This document shows, in pieces, positions 10,362 to 21,080 of a stretch of 64,000 bases of DNA. How positions within the stretch are numbered: the stretch's first letter is position 1; the number at the start of each line of letters is the position of its first letter. The notes beneath the pieces are model-generated. The model was not told the DNA's origin and ran no database searches. It saw nothing but the letters and a program-made list of their open reading frames with translations. Made by a program: the position numbers and the translations under genes. Origin of the DNA: an uncultured cyanobacterium (GTDB taxonomy: Bacteria > Cyanobacteriota > Cyanobacteriia > Cyanobacteriales > CAWCAG01); contig CAWCAG010000005.1 of assembly GCA_963793425.1 (NCBI GenBank), forward strand, positions 1,216,001 to 1,280,000, written 5' to 3'.

Positions 10362-12797
10362 CTACTTTTTCCCATTTGGCCGTTGAATAACCTCTTCCAG
10401 CACCCTCCGTTTCTCTTTAGGGTTAATACCCAGTAAACGAACGTATTCCCCTTGATGTTCTGCTAAACAAGCTTCCAAAGCCGTAAGCACCTCTGCTTCT
10501 CGCTGAGACTCAATGGGGGAGCAACTGCGCCAAGAATTAATTTTGAAGCGGCGCTTGTCTGCGTGTTCTGTGCCAATTGTGTAATTTTGAGCAAGGAGAG
10601 AGCGTACTTGTTCAACCACTTCTGGGCCCAAGCTTCTGCTAGAGAAACTAGTTTTAGAATTAACGGTGTTATACCGAGGAGGCGAGCCTACATGGGTTGT
10701 AGTCTGGCTAGAAGCATGATTACTACTGCCGTTAGAAGTTGCTCTACCATCAGGACGCTGCACAACTATTTCCGCTACCCGGCGCTTAGCTTGGGAGTCT
10801 ACGCCAATGATACGTACATATTCCCCTTCATGCTCTACTAAGCACGATTCTAGTTCTGAGAGAACTTCTTGTTCACTGTTACCTTCGAGAAAACCACAAC
10901 TCAACCAAGAACTAGTCTTGAAACGCCGTTTGTTAGCGTGTTCTGAGCTGATTTTATAACCTTGTTGCAATAGGGAGGCAACTTGTTCAACCACATCTGG
11001 CTCTAAGCTAGTCCTAATAGAAGCAGAAGAGGAAGAAGGAAAAGAAGATTGCCTTCTCGAACTTTGGTAATTAGAAGAGCTTGGATTTGAGCTAGAACTT
11101 TGGCTAGAAATTGCTTTGCCATCAGGACGCTGAATAACTATTTCGGCAATCCTGCGCTTGGCATTAGCATCCACAGCAATGATACGAACATATTCTTGAG
11201 GATAGTTCACCAAAGCTGCTTCTAACTCGGCAATAACTTCTTTGGCTCTTGTCCCCCGAACTGAAGTCGCCCCCAACCAGGAACTAGTCTTAAAACGCCG
11301 TTTATTAGCATGTTCTAAACTAATTTTGTAGCCTTGTTGCAGTAGAGATTCAACTTGTTCAACAATCTCTGAATCTAAGCTACTACTAATAGAAGAAGAA
11401 GATTGCCTTCTTGAACTTTGGTAATTAGAAGAACTTGAGTTTGAGTGAGAACTTTGGGTGGAAGTTGCTTTGCCATCAGGACGCTGAATGACTATTTCAG
11501 CTATTCTGCGCTTAGCGTTAGCATCAACTACAATAATACGAACATATTTTTGGGGGTAGTTTACTAAAGCTGCTTCCAACTCAGCAATGACTTCTTTGGC
11601 CCTTGTACCTTTAATTGAAGAGCCAGTAAGCCAGGAGCTGGTTTTAAAACGCCGCTTATTAGCGTGTTCTAAACTTATTTTGTAGCCTTGGCTTAAAAAA
11701 GAGTTGATTTGTTCAGTAATATCCGGGTTTAAGCCACCGTTACCATTGTTTGCCTGGTAGCCATTGTTAGAGCCGTTATTGTGGCTACTTCTTGAAGTAG
11801 TGTAATTACGATAACTAGTAGATGATTTTTTGCTCTGTGAGCCATTATGATTTGACTTGCCATCAGGGCGTTGTACGACTGTTTCTGTAATCCGCCGCTT
11901 ATGTTCGGGGTCAATGCCAATTAAGCGTACATATTCCCCTGAATACTCATTTAAAGCTGCTTCTAATTCTGCTATTACCTGGTCTGTATGTCGTCCTTCA
12001 AGTGAAGGTGCGCTAAGCCAAGAGCCAGTTTTAAAGCGACGCTTGTTAGCGTGTTCTATGCCAATTTTATATCCCTGAGCTAACAGAGAACGTACTTGCT
12101 CTAAAGTTTCTGTATCTAAATCTGTTTGGCTGGAAACTCCAGCGCTTTTACTTTTATATGTATTATATGTACCCATTTTCTTATCTAGGGAAAGTAGACA
12201 ACGTTCATTTTCTGCACAAAGATAGCCAGCACCCAAAGCCTCATTAACTTCCACCACATGATGAGCAAATTCTTTGTCTGCTTCTGTCACATCAGGAAGG
12301 CGGTCTGCTTGTTGCTGGTTAGTAATTACAGTCCCGGAGGGAATATACTTGCCAGGGGGAATTTCTACATCTTGAATCAGGACGTGCATCATAATGATAC
12401 AGCCATTACCCACCTTGGCGTTAAAGACAGTAGAGCGAAAACCGATGAAGCACTCGTTTCCCACATAGGCTGGTCCGTGAATCAAAACCATGTGGGTTAT
12501 GCAAGTATCATCACCGACCCAAACCGAATATTCCCTACCATCATCTCCAGTGACTCGACCCTTTTCTAAACCGTGAATTACTACTCCATCTTGGATGTTA
12601 GTACTATCACCAATGTGAAACGGAGTCCCTTCATCAGCGCGGATAGATGTTCCTGGGGCTATCATCACCTTTGAGCCAATGTGAACATCTCCAATTACCC
12701 TGGAGAAAGAATGGACATAAGCTGTTTTATCAACTTGCGGCTCTGCTAAGTCTTCCGACCAAGGAGTTGGGGGAGCCGCTTGTCTGCGGGCTACCAT
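10362..12797 (-). CDS. ccmM: Carboxysome protein CcmM (gamma-carbonic anhydrase plus five RbcS-like domains)
   Basis: AAPPTPWS N-terminus, IHGL and THMVLIHGP zinc ligands, and five EHA(N/D)KRRF repeats. Confidence 0.97.
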   Translation of the reverse strand: MVARRQAAPPTPWSEDLAEPQVDKTAYVHSFSRVIGDVHIGSKVMIAPGTSIRADEGTPFHIGDSTNIQDGVVIHGLEKGRVTGDDGREYSVWVGDDTCITHMVLIHGPAYVGNECFIGFRSTVFNAKVGNGCIIMMHVLIQDVEIPPGKYIPSGTVITNQQQADRLPDVTEADKEFAHHVVEVNEALGAGYLCAENERCLLSLDKKMGTYNTYKSKSAGVSSQTDLDTETLEQVRSLLAQGYKIGIEHANKRRFKTGSWLSAPSLEGRHTDQVIAELEAALNEYSGEYVRLIGIDPEHKRRITETVVQRPDGKSNHNGSQSKKSSTSYRNYTTSRSSHNNGSNNGYQANNGNGGLNPDITEQINSFLSQGYKISLEHANKRRFKTSSWLTGSSIKGTRAKEVIAELEAALVNYPQKYVRIIVVDANAKRRIAEIVIQRPDGKATSTQSSHSNSSSSNYQSSRRQSSSSISSSLDSEIVEQVESLLQQGYKISLEHANKRRFKTSSWLGATSVRGTRAKEVIAELEAALVNYPQEYVRIIAVDANAKRRIAEIVIQRPDGKAISSQSSSSNPSSSNYQSSRRQSSFPSSSSASIRTSLEPDVVEQVASLLQQGYKISSEHANKRRFKTSSWLSCGFLEGNSEQEVLSELESCLVEHEGEYVRIIGVDSQAKRRVAEIVVQRPDGRATSNGSSNHASSQTTTHVGSPPRYNTVNSKTSFSSRSLGPEVVEQVRSLLAQNYTIGTEHADKRRFKINSWRSCSPIESQREAEVLTALEACLAEHQGEYVRLLGINPKEKRRVLEEVIQRPNGKK

Positions 12798-12869
12798 TGA
12801 TTGAATCCTCCTAATACAACAAGCAATCCCTGATTAAATTAATGAGGGTAGTGCAACACAAAGTTAAAG

Positions 12870-13172
12870 TTAGCGATATTGCTCTCTTTTGCTATAAATC
12901 AAGCTATTTTCTACAGTAACTGTATCTATAATTCCTATTACCGTGGCATCTAGGGGACGCTCCTCACTACCAACTTCTTGACGAGCTGCACTACCGCGGC
13001 TGATTAATACCCATTCGCTAATACCAGCTCCTACTCGGTCTGCTGCCACTTCATACTTCGGCACAAGCAGTCCCTCTTCATCTACAAATTGTACCAAGAG
13101 TAGCTTAACTCCTGTCATACTAGGGAGCTTTTGTGTGCTAACAACTGTGCCACGAACCTGAGCAATTTGCAT
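12870..13172 (-). CDS. ccmL: Carboxysome vertex pentamer CcmL
   Basis: MQIAQVRGTVVSTQK...GAGISEWVL...GSAAR. Confidence 0.97.
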   Translation of the reverse strand: MQIAQVRGTVVSTQKLPSMTGVKLLLVQFVDEEGLLVPKYEVAADRVGAGISEWVLISRGSAARQEVGSEERPLDATVIGIIDTVTVENSLIYSKREQYR

Positions 13173-13230
13173 TAATTAAGGAATGGAGATTTAGATGGTA
13201 GGAAGAGACTAGAAATAATTAACTAAACAC

Positions 13231-13569
13231 TTATCTAGGTAAGGATCTTGGAGCATAAACGCTCTCACGGAATTGCTCTACTGCTTCGCTGTAACGAATA
13301 GGTAATACGTATTCTAGGTTTTCGTGAGGACGAGCAATAATGTGAGTGGAAAGTACTTGACCTCCGTTAACTCTTTTGACATTTTCTACTCCAGCCGCTA
13401 CCGAAGCTTGAACTTCTGATACGTCGCCGCGAACAATTACTGTGACGCGACCTGTACCAATTTTTTCATAGCCTACTAAGGTGACACGAGCGGCTTTGAC
13501 CATGGCATCAGCAGCTTCTACCACTGCTGGGAAACCCAAGGTTTCAATCATTCCTACTGCAATAGACAT
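13231..13569 (-). CDS. ccmK1: Carboxysome shell hexamer CcmK1
   Basis: BMC domain with the C-terminal extension typical of K1. Confidence 0.93.
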   Translation of the reverse strand: MSIAVGMIETLGFPAVVEAADAMVKAARVTLVGYEKIGTGRVTVIVRGDVSEVQASVAAGVENVKRVNGGQVLSTHIIARPHENLEYVLPIRYSEAVEQFRESVYAPRSLPR

Positions 13570-13642
13570 GGATTCTTAAACTCCTAAAAAATTAATTGGG
13601 ATTGAAAATAACTAAGGTGGGAAGTTGGCAAGTTATCTTAAG

Positions 13643-13951
13643 CTACATTCGGAACTGCTCTACTTCTTCGGTATAGCGAATGGGTAGGACATATTCCAAG
13701 TTTTCATGGGGACGGGCAATAATATGGGTAGATAAGACCTCACCGCCGTTGACACGATTAGCTGCATCAGTGCCGGCAGATACTGAGGCTTGAACCTCTG
13801 ATACATCGCCGCGAACAATTACTGTGACGCGACCTGTACCGATTTTTTCATAACCTACCAAGGTAACGCGAGCGGCTTTGACCATGGCATCAGCAGCTTC
13901 TACCACTGCTGGGAAACCCAAGGTTTCAATCATTCCTACCGCAATTGGCAT
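13643..13951 (-). CDS. ccmK2: Carboxysome shell hexamer CcmK2
   Basis: [27 protein letters not shown]; 102 aa; first gene of the operon. Confidence 0.95.
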   Translation of the reverse strand: MPIAVGMIETLGFPAVVEAADAMVKAARVTLVGYEKIGTGRVTVIVRGDVSEVQASVSAGTDAANRVNGGEVLSTHIIARPHENLEYVLPIRYTEEVEQFRM

Positions 13952-14513
13952 ATCTCAAATTTCCTCTACAATAAGCCAAGCTCATTTTCATATAATTGCC
14001 ATTTTATTTAAGCCAATTTTTTGTGCAACTAAACTCATCCAGCCAAGACAACAGCTAGATACAAAATCTAGGTATGAAACAGGTTTCCACAACTCAATAA
14101 ATATATTAAAGTCACAATTAACACATCCCATCTAAGCAAGTAAATAAAAATTGACTCTTGGCGAAATATTGAAATGGCTAATTTTTTTAACTCTATAAAT
14201 AAAGCATAGGAAAGCTTTGTACCTTTGACAATATAAGTCTTTATAATATTTTAAAATCGCAAAGTTAATAAAAATTAATGTATCCCCTGTGATCATTGAA
14301 AATTCGACCTTTGACTAGAAGGCTTCTTCGTGTTTTATAATTTCTTTATAAATTCAAGATAATCTTGAGGGTTGCAGATACTAGCCTTTGATTTCTCACA
14401 GAACTTGCTCTATCGGCAGTGGTAGGTAAGAATACTTCCTAGAGAAGAAGAGTCAGGCTTTAACGGAAAAAGCTTAGATATCTCAGACCAAGTTTAAAAA
14501 CAATGTCTCTACA

Positions 14514-14548
14514 CTATTTAAATCTTTTGTTTTTCAAGATTTAAATAG
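14514..14548. promoter_or_regulatory. 13-bp inverted repeat upstream of ndhF4 in the divergent ccm/ndhF4 intergenic region
   Basis: CTATTTAAATCTT-N9-AAGATTTAAATAG. Confidence 0.4.
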
Positions 14549-14605
14549 CTGATTTTAAAAGGAGAAAATTTATGGTCAGTATAATGATTTTTTCAAGCAA
14601 ATTTA

Positions 14606-16510
14606 ATGACTGATTTTTTAATTAATAACTATTGGTTCCTTCCTTTATACGGACTAATAGGGGCGATTCTTAGCTTACCTTGGTCAGTAGGAATTATTCG
14701 CACCAAAGGGCCGAGGCCAGCAGCTTATATCAATTTATTCATGACTTTATTGGCTCTTGTTCATGGGTCAATTGTTTTAGCTTTGATTTGGCATCAAGAA
14801 CCTCAACAATTGGTTTTCTCTTGGTTAAAAGTAGCTGATTTAGACTTATCTTTGGCTATTGAAATCTCTCCCATTAGTATGGGAGCTATGGAAGTCGTCA
14901 CAGGTATTAGCTTTCTTGTCCAGATATATGCCTTGGGCTATCTGGAAAAAGACTGGTCTTTGGCAAGATTCTACGGACTTATGGGCTTTTTTGAAGCAGC
15001 ATTAAGCGGTATTGCCATTAGCGACTCTTTATTTTTAACCTATGGTTTGCTAGAAATGCTCACCCTTTCTAGCTATTTACTGGTGGGATTTTGGTACGCT
15101 CAGCCTTTAGTAGTAACTGCAGCTAGGGATGCGTTTTTAACCAAAAGGGTAGGGGATATTATCCTTTTTATGGGTGTAGTGGCCCTTTCTGCTTATGGAG
15201 AAGGGCTTAATTTTAGCGAACTAGGAGAATGGGTACAAACATCTCCGGTTTCCCCCCTTACAGCTAACTTATTAGGTTTAGCTTTAATCGCTGGACCAAC
15301 GGGAAAATGCGCTCAGTTTCCTTTGAACCTTTGGTTAGATGAAGCCATGGAGGGGCCAAACCCTGCTGGAATTATGAGAAACTCTGTAGTTGTTTCGGCG
15401 GGTGCTTTTGTACTAATTAAACTCCAACCAGTTTTCACCCTCTCCCCCATTGCTTCTAACGCCTTAATACTTATCGGTATGGTTACAGCGATTGGGGCTT
15501 CTTTAATAGCCATTGCTCAAATCGACTTTAAACGCGCTTTATCCCATTCCACCAGCGCTTACTTAGGATTGGTCTTTATCACCGTTGGTATTGGACAACC
15601 GATCAATGTCGCTTTATTACTTCTGTTTACCCATGCTTTAGCTAAATCTCTACTGTTCATGAGTGCAGGTTCAGTCATTTTAGCTACCAGCGGGCAGAAT
15701 GTTACGGAAATGGGCGGCTTGGGGTCAAAAATGCCAGCTACCACCATCGCTTTTGTTGTCGGTTTAGCTGGGTTGGTAGCCCTATTACCAATGGGGATGT
15801 TTTGGGCAATGCAACAATGGATAGCGGGTTTCTTCGCTGTTCCTTGGTGGTTACTCGCCATGTTGCTCTTAATTAACTGTCTAAGCGCCATTAACCTAAC
15901 TCGTGTCTTCCGTTTAGTCTTTTTAGGTCAGCCTCAAATTAAAACCCGCCGTGCCTTAGAAGCACCTTGGCCCATGGCATTAGCAATGGTGTCTTTAACC
16001 GTTGTTACTCTTTTGATTCCTGTCATTTTCCAACAAAGACAGTTACTTTCTAATAGTAGAGAACTTATTTCTCAAAACGGTCTAATTTTTAGTCAGTTTG
16101 CCGTACCGTTACTAGTTTTCTCTGGTGCTATAGGTTGCTTAATTGGGGCTTTCATCGAACTGCGTCGTGCTTGGGCGAGGCCAAACCAATTTTATTTGCG
16201 CTTTATTCAAGACTTGCTTGCTTATGACTTTTATATTGAAAAACTTTACGATTTAACAGTTGTTTTTGCCGTTTCTTCCCTGTCCAAAATTACTACCTGG
16301 TTTGACCGCTATGTAGTTGATGGGGTGGTTAATTTAGTCGGTTTATTCACAGTATTTAGTGGCAATGCTTTAAAATACAGCATTTCTGGTCAATCCCAGT
16401 TTTATTTACTCACTATTTTGATAGGAGTAGGTTTGCTACTTAGTTGGTCAATGTCTGATGGTCAATGGTCTGTTTTAGTTGAACAATGGTCATTTCTAAT
16501 TGATAGGTAG
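14606..16510 (+). CDS. ndhF4: NDH-1 subunit NdhF4 (CO2 uptake)
   Basis: ND5-like (GKCAQFPLNLWLDEAMEGP), in an operon with ndhD and cupB. Confidence 0.92.
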   Translation: MTDFLINNYWFLPLYGLIGAILSLPWSVGIIRTKGPRPAAYINLFMTLLALVHGSIVLALIWHQEPQQLVFSWLKVADLDLSLAIEISPISMGAMEVVTGISFLVQIYALGYLEKDWSLARFYGLMGFFEAALSGIAISDSLFLTYGLLEMLTLSSYLLVGFWYAQPLVVTAARDAFLTKRVGDIILFMGVVALSAYGEGLNFSELGEWVQTSPVSPLTANLLGLALIAGPTGKCAQFPLNLWLDEAMEGPNPAGIMRNSVVVSAGAFVLIKLQPVFTLSPIASNALILIGMVTAIGASLIAIAQIDFKRALSHSTSAYLGLVFITVGIGQPINVALLLLFTHALAKSLLFMSAGSVILATSGQNVTEMGGLGSKMPATTIAFVVGLAGLVALLPMGMFWAMQQWIAGFFAVPWWLLAMLLLINCLSAINLTRVFRLVFLGQPQIKTRRALEAPWPMALAMVSLTVVTLLIPVIFQQRQLLSNSRELISQNGLIFSQFAVPLLVFSGAIGCLIGAFIELRRAWARPNQFYLRFIQDLLAYDFYIEKLYDLTVVFAVSSLSKITTWFDRYVVDGVVNLVGLFTVFSGNALKYSISGQSQFYLLTILIGVGLLLSWSMSDGQWSVLVEQWSFLIDR

Positions 16511-16619
16511 TGGGGAGACTTGGAGACTCGGAGATAGTTTTTCAAAAGTAATAGTATATAGGTCAAACTTATTACTTATTACTTATTACTTATGCCAGAT
16601 GAGGAGTTAGTCAAATTTT

Positions 16620-18107
16620 ATGCTCAGTGTCTTTATTTTGTTGCCACTTTTAGGTGCGCTGACGATTAGTCTTTTGCCTCAAAAGTGGGAGCCTAGCCGT
16701 TATCGTTCGGTAGCTTTATTTTTTGCTAGTGCCATCTTGGTTTGGAATATTTTCCTGCTTTTCCAATTTGATCCAACTCAAGCTGAAATGCAGTTTTCTG
16801 AGAACATTAATTGGATTGAATGGATTGGTTTAAACTACCATCTTGGTTTAGATGGGTTATCTTTACCTTTGCTGTTTCTCAACAGTTTATTAACCTTAAT
16901 TGCCATTGTTTTCAGTAGTCGCTCTATTCCCCGGCCTCGTTTTTACTTTGCCCTCTTATTAATCTTGAGTGCTGGGGCATCGGGAGCATTTTTAGCTCAG
17001 GATTTATTGCTCTTTTTCCTTTTTTATGAAGTAGAAATTATTCCTTTATATTTTTTGATTGCTATTTGGGGAGGAAAGCGGCGAGGCTATGCAGCCATGA
17101 AGTTTTTACTATATACCACTTTTTCCGGCATTTTAGTATTAGCTTCATTTTTAGGTTTAGTTTGGTTTACCGGGGCAACTAGTTTTGATTACCAGGTATT
17201 ACGTTCCCAAACCCTACCTGTGGGAACGCAATTTTGGCTTTTAGGTAGCCTCTTAATTGGTTTAGGTATTAAGATCCCCATTTTCCCCTTCCATACCTGG
17301 CTACCAGACGCTCACGTTGAAGCTTCTACCCCCGTTTCTGTACTCTTAGCTGGAGTGCTTTTAAAATTGGGAACCTATGGTTTGTTAAGGTTTGGAGTTG
17401 GTTTGTTTTTAGAAGCTTGGACTATTTTTGCTCCTTGGTTAGCCACCATAGCAGCAATAAGTGCTTTATATGGAGCTTCCTGTGCGATCGCCCAAACTGA
17501 TATGAAGAAGGTGGTAGCTTATTCTTCTATTGCTCACATGGCTTACATTCTTCTGGCTGCTTCGGCAACCACTCCTTTGAGTTTAGTAGCTGCAATCTTC
17601 CAAATGGTGAGTCATGGCTTGATTTCGGCTTTGTTATTTATCTTAGTCGGACTAGTTTATGAAAAAACAGGAACCCGCGAAGTTAAAGCTTTAAGTGGTT
17701 TGCTCAATCCAGAGCGAGGTTTACCTATTACTGGTAGCCTAATGATAGTAGGGGTAATGGCCAGTTCAGGTATTCCAGGTATGGTGGGGTTCATCGCGGA
17801 ATTTGTGGTTTTTCGGGGTAGTTTTCCTATTTTTCCTGTACAAACTTTGTTCTGTATGGTCGGGACAGGCTTAACTGCTGTATATTTTTTATTAGTCATC
17901 AACCGCGTCTTTTTTGGTCGCCTCACAGAAAAACTATCTAATTTACCAAAGGTACAGTGGCGCGAACATATCCCTGCTTTAGTTTTAACAGCATTAATCA
18001 TTATTTTGGGGCTTCAACCCAACTGGATGTTGCGTTGGAGTGAGCCTCAAGGTTTAGCTTTGATTTCTCAACCTCGTGATTTGATTGTTTTAGAACAAAC
18101 TAAGTAA
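16620..18107 (+). CDS. ndhD4: NDH-1 subunit NdhD4
   Basis: ND4-like (PFHTWLPDAHVEA, VVAYSSIAHM). Confidence 0.92.
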   Translation: MLSVFILLPLLGALTISLLPQKWEPSRYRSVALFFASAILVWNIFLLFQFDPTQAEMQFSENINWIEWIGLNYHLGLDGLSLPLLFLNSLLTLIAIVFSSRSIPRPRFYFALLLILSAGASGAFLAQDLLLFFLFYEVEIIPLYFLIAIWGGKRRGYAAMKFLLYTTFSGILVLASFLGLVWFTGATSFDYQVLRSQTLPVGTQFWLLGSLLIGLGIKIPIFPFHTWLPDAHVEASTPVSVLLAGVLLKLGTYGLLRFGVGLFLEAWTIFAPWLATIAAISALYGASCAIAQTDMKKVVAYSSIAHMAYILLAASATTPLSLVAAIFQMVSHGLISALLFILVGLVYEKTGTREVKALSGLLNPERGLPITGSLMIVGVMASSGIPGMVGFIAEFVVFRGSFPIFPVQTLFCMVGTGLTAVYFLLVINRVFFGRLTEKLSNLPKVQWREHIPALVLTALIIILGLQPNWMLRWSEPQGLALISQPRDLIVLEQTK

Positions 18108-18178
18108 TTTGCTAATTGCTAATTGCTAGTTACTAATTGTGCAAGGCAATAGGAAATAAGAGACAGTACATTCTTAAC

Positions 18179-18234
18179 TTATTACTTATTACTTATTACT
18201 TATTACTTATTACTTATTACTTATTACTTATTAC
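18179..18234 (+). repeat. STRR heptamer array (TTATTAC)x8
   Basis: Eight perfect tandem copies. Related arrays lie at about 16567-16593, 24748-24780 and 51726-51757. Confidence 0.9.
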
Positions 18235-18250
18235 TTCCCCCGTATTTGTC

Positions 18251-19381
18251 ATGGTAAGTACCCCAAAAAAGATTGCCCAACCTCCTCTTCCTGAATATAT
18301 TCGGCGTTTAGAATCAGGACAAGCTTTACTTGAAGATACTCCTGAAAATGTTATGGAAGTTGTTGGTATTCTCAAAAGTTATGGTGTTGTTTTAGATGCT
18401 TATTCCCGGAATTTAATTTATATTGCCGAAAATCAACTTTTCGTCTTTTTTCCCTTTTTTAAATATTTCAACGGCAAAGTATCCTTAAAAAAGCTACTTG
18501 CTCACTGGCAGCATGACCGCCTAAACTATGAATATGCTGAATACTGTATGAAAAGTATGTTTTGGCATGGTGGTGGTTGTTTAGATACTTATTTGGATTC
18601 TCCTGAATTTGAGCAAATAGCCCAAGAAGTAATTCAAGCTAAATTTAAGAGTAATCCTTTTTTCCAGACCATACATCTAGGATTCCCAGATTTTTTACCA
18701 GAACAAGTGCGCCAAATGTCCTATTACAGTGGTTTAGGGCAATTTTGGCGGGTAATGAGTGATATGTTTCTTTCTTTATCTGATGAGTATGACGCAGGAA
18801 AGATCAAATCTATTCCTCAAGTAGTGCAGCATATTCTTGATGGCTTAGTCGCAGCAGCTAATCAACCGATTACTTATCAAGTAACTATTCGCGGCAAGGA
18901 ATACAATATTCTTCCTCAATCGGCAGGATTGACTTTTTTGATGGATACTGCCGTACCTTATGTCGAAGCTATCTTTTTCCGAGGTACACCTTTTTTAGGA
19001 ACTATTTCTTATAACGCTCAAGCTTATCAAATTCCTTACGATCCTGGTTCCTTTACCTACGGCGCTTTGTATGCAGATCCTTTACCTATTGGGGGGGCGG
19101 GAATTCCTCCTACTTTACTAATGCAAGATATGCGCCACTTCCTGCCGGATTATCTTCATGAGTTATATAGTAAGAGTCTTAGGGGAGAGGATGATATTAG
19201 GGTACAAATTTGTCAAACTTTTCAAAAGTCAATGTTTTGTGTAACTACTGCCACGATCCAAGGTTTAGCCCCCCATCCTTTAGATACCTCAGATCCTCAA
19301 GAACAAACTGCTAATCGCCAATATTTAGCAGGTTGGATGAAACGTTTACAGAGTTCACAGATATTTAAGGCGAATGAGTAA
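18251..19381 (+). CDS. cupB: CO2 hydration protein CupB (ChpX)
   Basis: EVVGILKSYGVVLDAYSRNL, EYAEYCMK and PPTLLMQDMRH motifs; 376 aa from the ATG at 18251, i.e. the short CupB type. Confidence 0.93.
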   Translation: MVSTPKKIAQPPLPEYIRRLESGQALLEDTPENVMEVVGILKSYGVVLDAYSRNLIYIAENQLFVFFPFFKYFNGKVSLKKLLAHWQHDRLNYEYAEYCMKSMFWHGGGCLDTYLDSPEFEQIAQEVIQAKFKSNPFFQTIHLGFPDFLPEQVRQMSYYSGLGQFWRVMSDMFLSLSDEYDAGKIKSIPQVVQHILDGLVAAANQPITYQVTIRGKEYNILPQSAGLTFLMDTAVPYVEAIFFRGTPFLGTISYNAQAYQIPYDPGSFTYGALYADPLPIGGAGIPPTLLMQDMRHFLPDYLHELYSKSLRGEDDIRVQICQTFQKSMFCVTTATIQGLAPHPLDTSDPQEQTANRQYLAGWMKRLQSSQIFKANE

Positions 19382-20062
19382 TTGAGAATATTTTTTAATT
19401 GTTTGAGGCAGAAGATGATTGTGATAAGAGGGCGAATGTTTATCAGTCAAAAGCTTATTAATTGTTATAAAAATTAATCTTAAATAATTTTCTTTTTGTA
19501 TTACAAAATCTCCTAACAATTAAATCTGTTTTGATTTACAGCCACTTCAGACGTTAGCTTTTGAATTCTTTTGCTAGCTAATAACATCATAATTAAAATA
19601 TGAGTGAATATTATGCCATAAGAGAGATATTATTCAAGTTCATATTGAACAATGCAGATTTTGGTGATAGCATCACCTAATCTTGTCAGCAATAGGGATT
19701 AGATGCTTACAAATTCATCTAAACTCCATTACTCAGACTTATTTCATCAGCATCTACTACTTTTAAACTTAATAATTATTAGCCTTTGTCGTAATTTATT
19801 GTGTTCTCTTGAAAGGTTGAGGTAACTAGGAAAGAGTAACTTTTTTTCTAGATAAACAAATTTGGGCAATGTCCTTAATTTTGTGGCTGATATCCTTGAT
19901 ATTCACCTGTAGCCCTCACAAACTGACATAGACTACTAAAAATCAGGGAAATTTCTCTATAGCATGACTTAGGCTTCAAAGTAAATACTTTAAAAACATG
20001 ACTCTGAAGCCCGAAAGACTAGTAAAAATAATCGGAATACTCGCTAACAGTAGACCATACTC

Positions 20063-21016
20063 ATGAAACTGATCAAACTAGGGTCAGGGAGCTTCTACAT
20101 TATTGCCTTGACGGCAATAATTTCCCTAGTTGCTGGGAGTTCCCCGGCCATTGCCCAACCACCACCAATCGAGAATACAGCTTCAGCATCTGGAGACAAC
20201 CTGCCAACGGGGGGGGTTGATTCTAACCTTAATCGCATTGTTATCTCCAACACCATCACCACTCCTGTTAATGTGGCTGAACCAGCCCAATTAGAGCTGA
20301 TTAAAACCGCAGACAGAGCAGCAGCAGAGCCAGGAGATACGGTAGTTTATCGCTTATCTCTGAAAAACTCTGGTACAACAGCAGTTACTGGATTTACCAT
20401 CACAGACACCATGCCCTTGGGGTTAAACTTTCTCAGCGAATCTCTTCAAGGCTCAATTACTGATGGTACAAGTACTACACCAACAACTTTGCCAACAGCA
20501 ACTAGTTCAGGGCGAACAGTTACCTTTACATCTTCAGATACCCTAAATCCGGGTCAAATTCTTAATGTTATTTATGCCGCTGTAGTTACCCCAGATGCAG
20601 TCAGGGGTGACGGTAGAAATACGGCACAGGAACCCCGTAGTAATTTAGCTAGCTATCGGCTGCGGATTCGCCCCGGAATTCTCTCTGACTGCGGTACAGT
20701 TGTCGGTCGGGTTTTTGTTGATAAAAACTTCGATGGTGAACAACAACCAGGAGAATCTGGAGTACCTAACGCCGTAGTAATTATGGATGATGGCAACCGC
20801 ATTACTGCTGATGCCAACGGGTTATTTTCTATGGCCAACGTAATTTCCGGCAATAGGACGGGTACTCTCGACCTAAATAGTTTACCTGGATATACCCTAG
20901 CTCCCAACCTTTACTTTATCGAGCGCAACAGTCAGTCTCGCTTAGTACGTTTAGAACCAGGTGGACTAGTAAGAATGAACTTTGCTGTAACTCCAGCTTC
21001 TGGAGAAGAACAGTAA
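20063..21016 (+). CDS. Secreted DUF11-domain protein with C-terminal SdrD-B/CnaB-like domain (putative adaptor)
   Basis: Signal peptide (SPAIA-Q); DUF11 motif LIKTADR...PGDTVVY...ITDT...RNTA; GRVFVDKNFDGEQQPGESGV calcium-binding Ig motif. Confidence 0.85.
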   Translation: MKLIKLGSGSFYIIALTAIISLVAGSSPAIAQPPPIENTASASGDNLPTGGVDSNLNRIVISNTITTPVNVAEPAQLELIKTADRAAAEPGDTVVYRLSLKNSGTTAVTGFTITDTMPLGLNFLSESLQGSITDGTSTTPTTLPTATSSGRTVTFTSSDTLNPGQILNVIYAAVVTPDAVRGDGRNTAQEPRSNLASYRLRIRPGILSDCGTVVGRVFVDKNFDGEQQPGESGVPNAVVIMDDGNRITADANGLFSMANVISGNRTGTLDLNSLPGYTLAPNLYFIERNSQSRLVRLEPGGLVRMNFAVTPASGEEQ

Positions 21017-21080
21017 CACCTCAAAAATTGAAATTAACTAAGAAATTTAATAAGTAGCCGTCAAATCAGGGGAAGGGATC

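Noticed and set aside
7943..12569. Plus-strand ORFs inside rbcL and ccmM, and similar short overlapping ORFs elsewhere
   Set aside because: Antisense or alternate-frame shadows of well-supported genes, with no motifs of their own.
18137..18250. N-terminal extension of cupB (LLLITYY repeats)
   Set aside because: It is the translation of the TTATTAC heptamer array; the ATG at 18251 gives a normal-length protein.
7073..19381. ccm-rbc operon lacking ccmO and adjacent to ndhF4/D4/cupB
   Set aside because: This arrangement is known in other beta-cyanobacteria, where ccmO is often encoded elsewhere.
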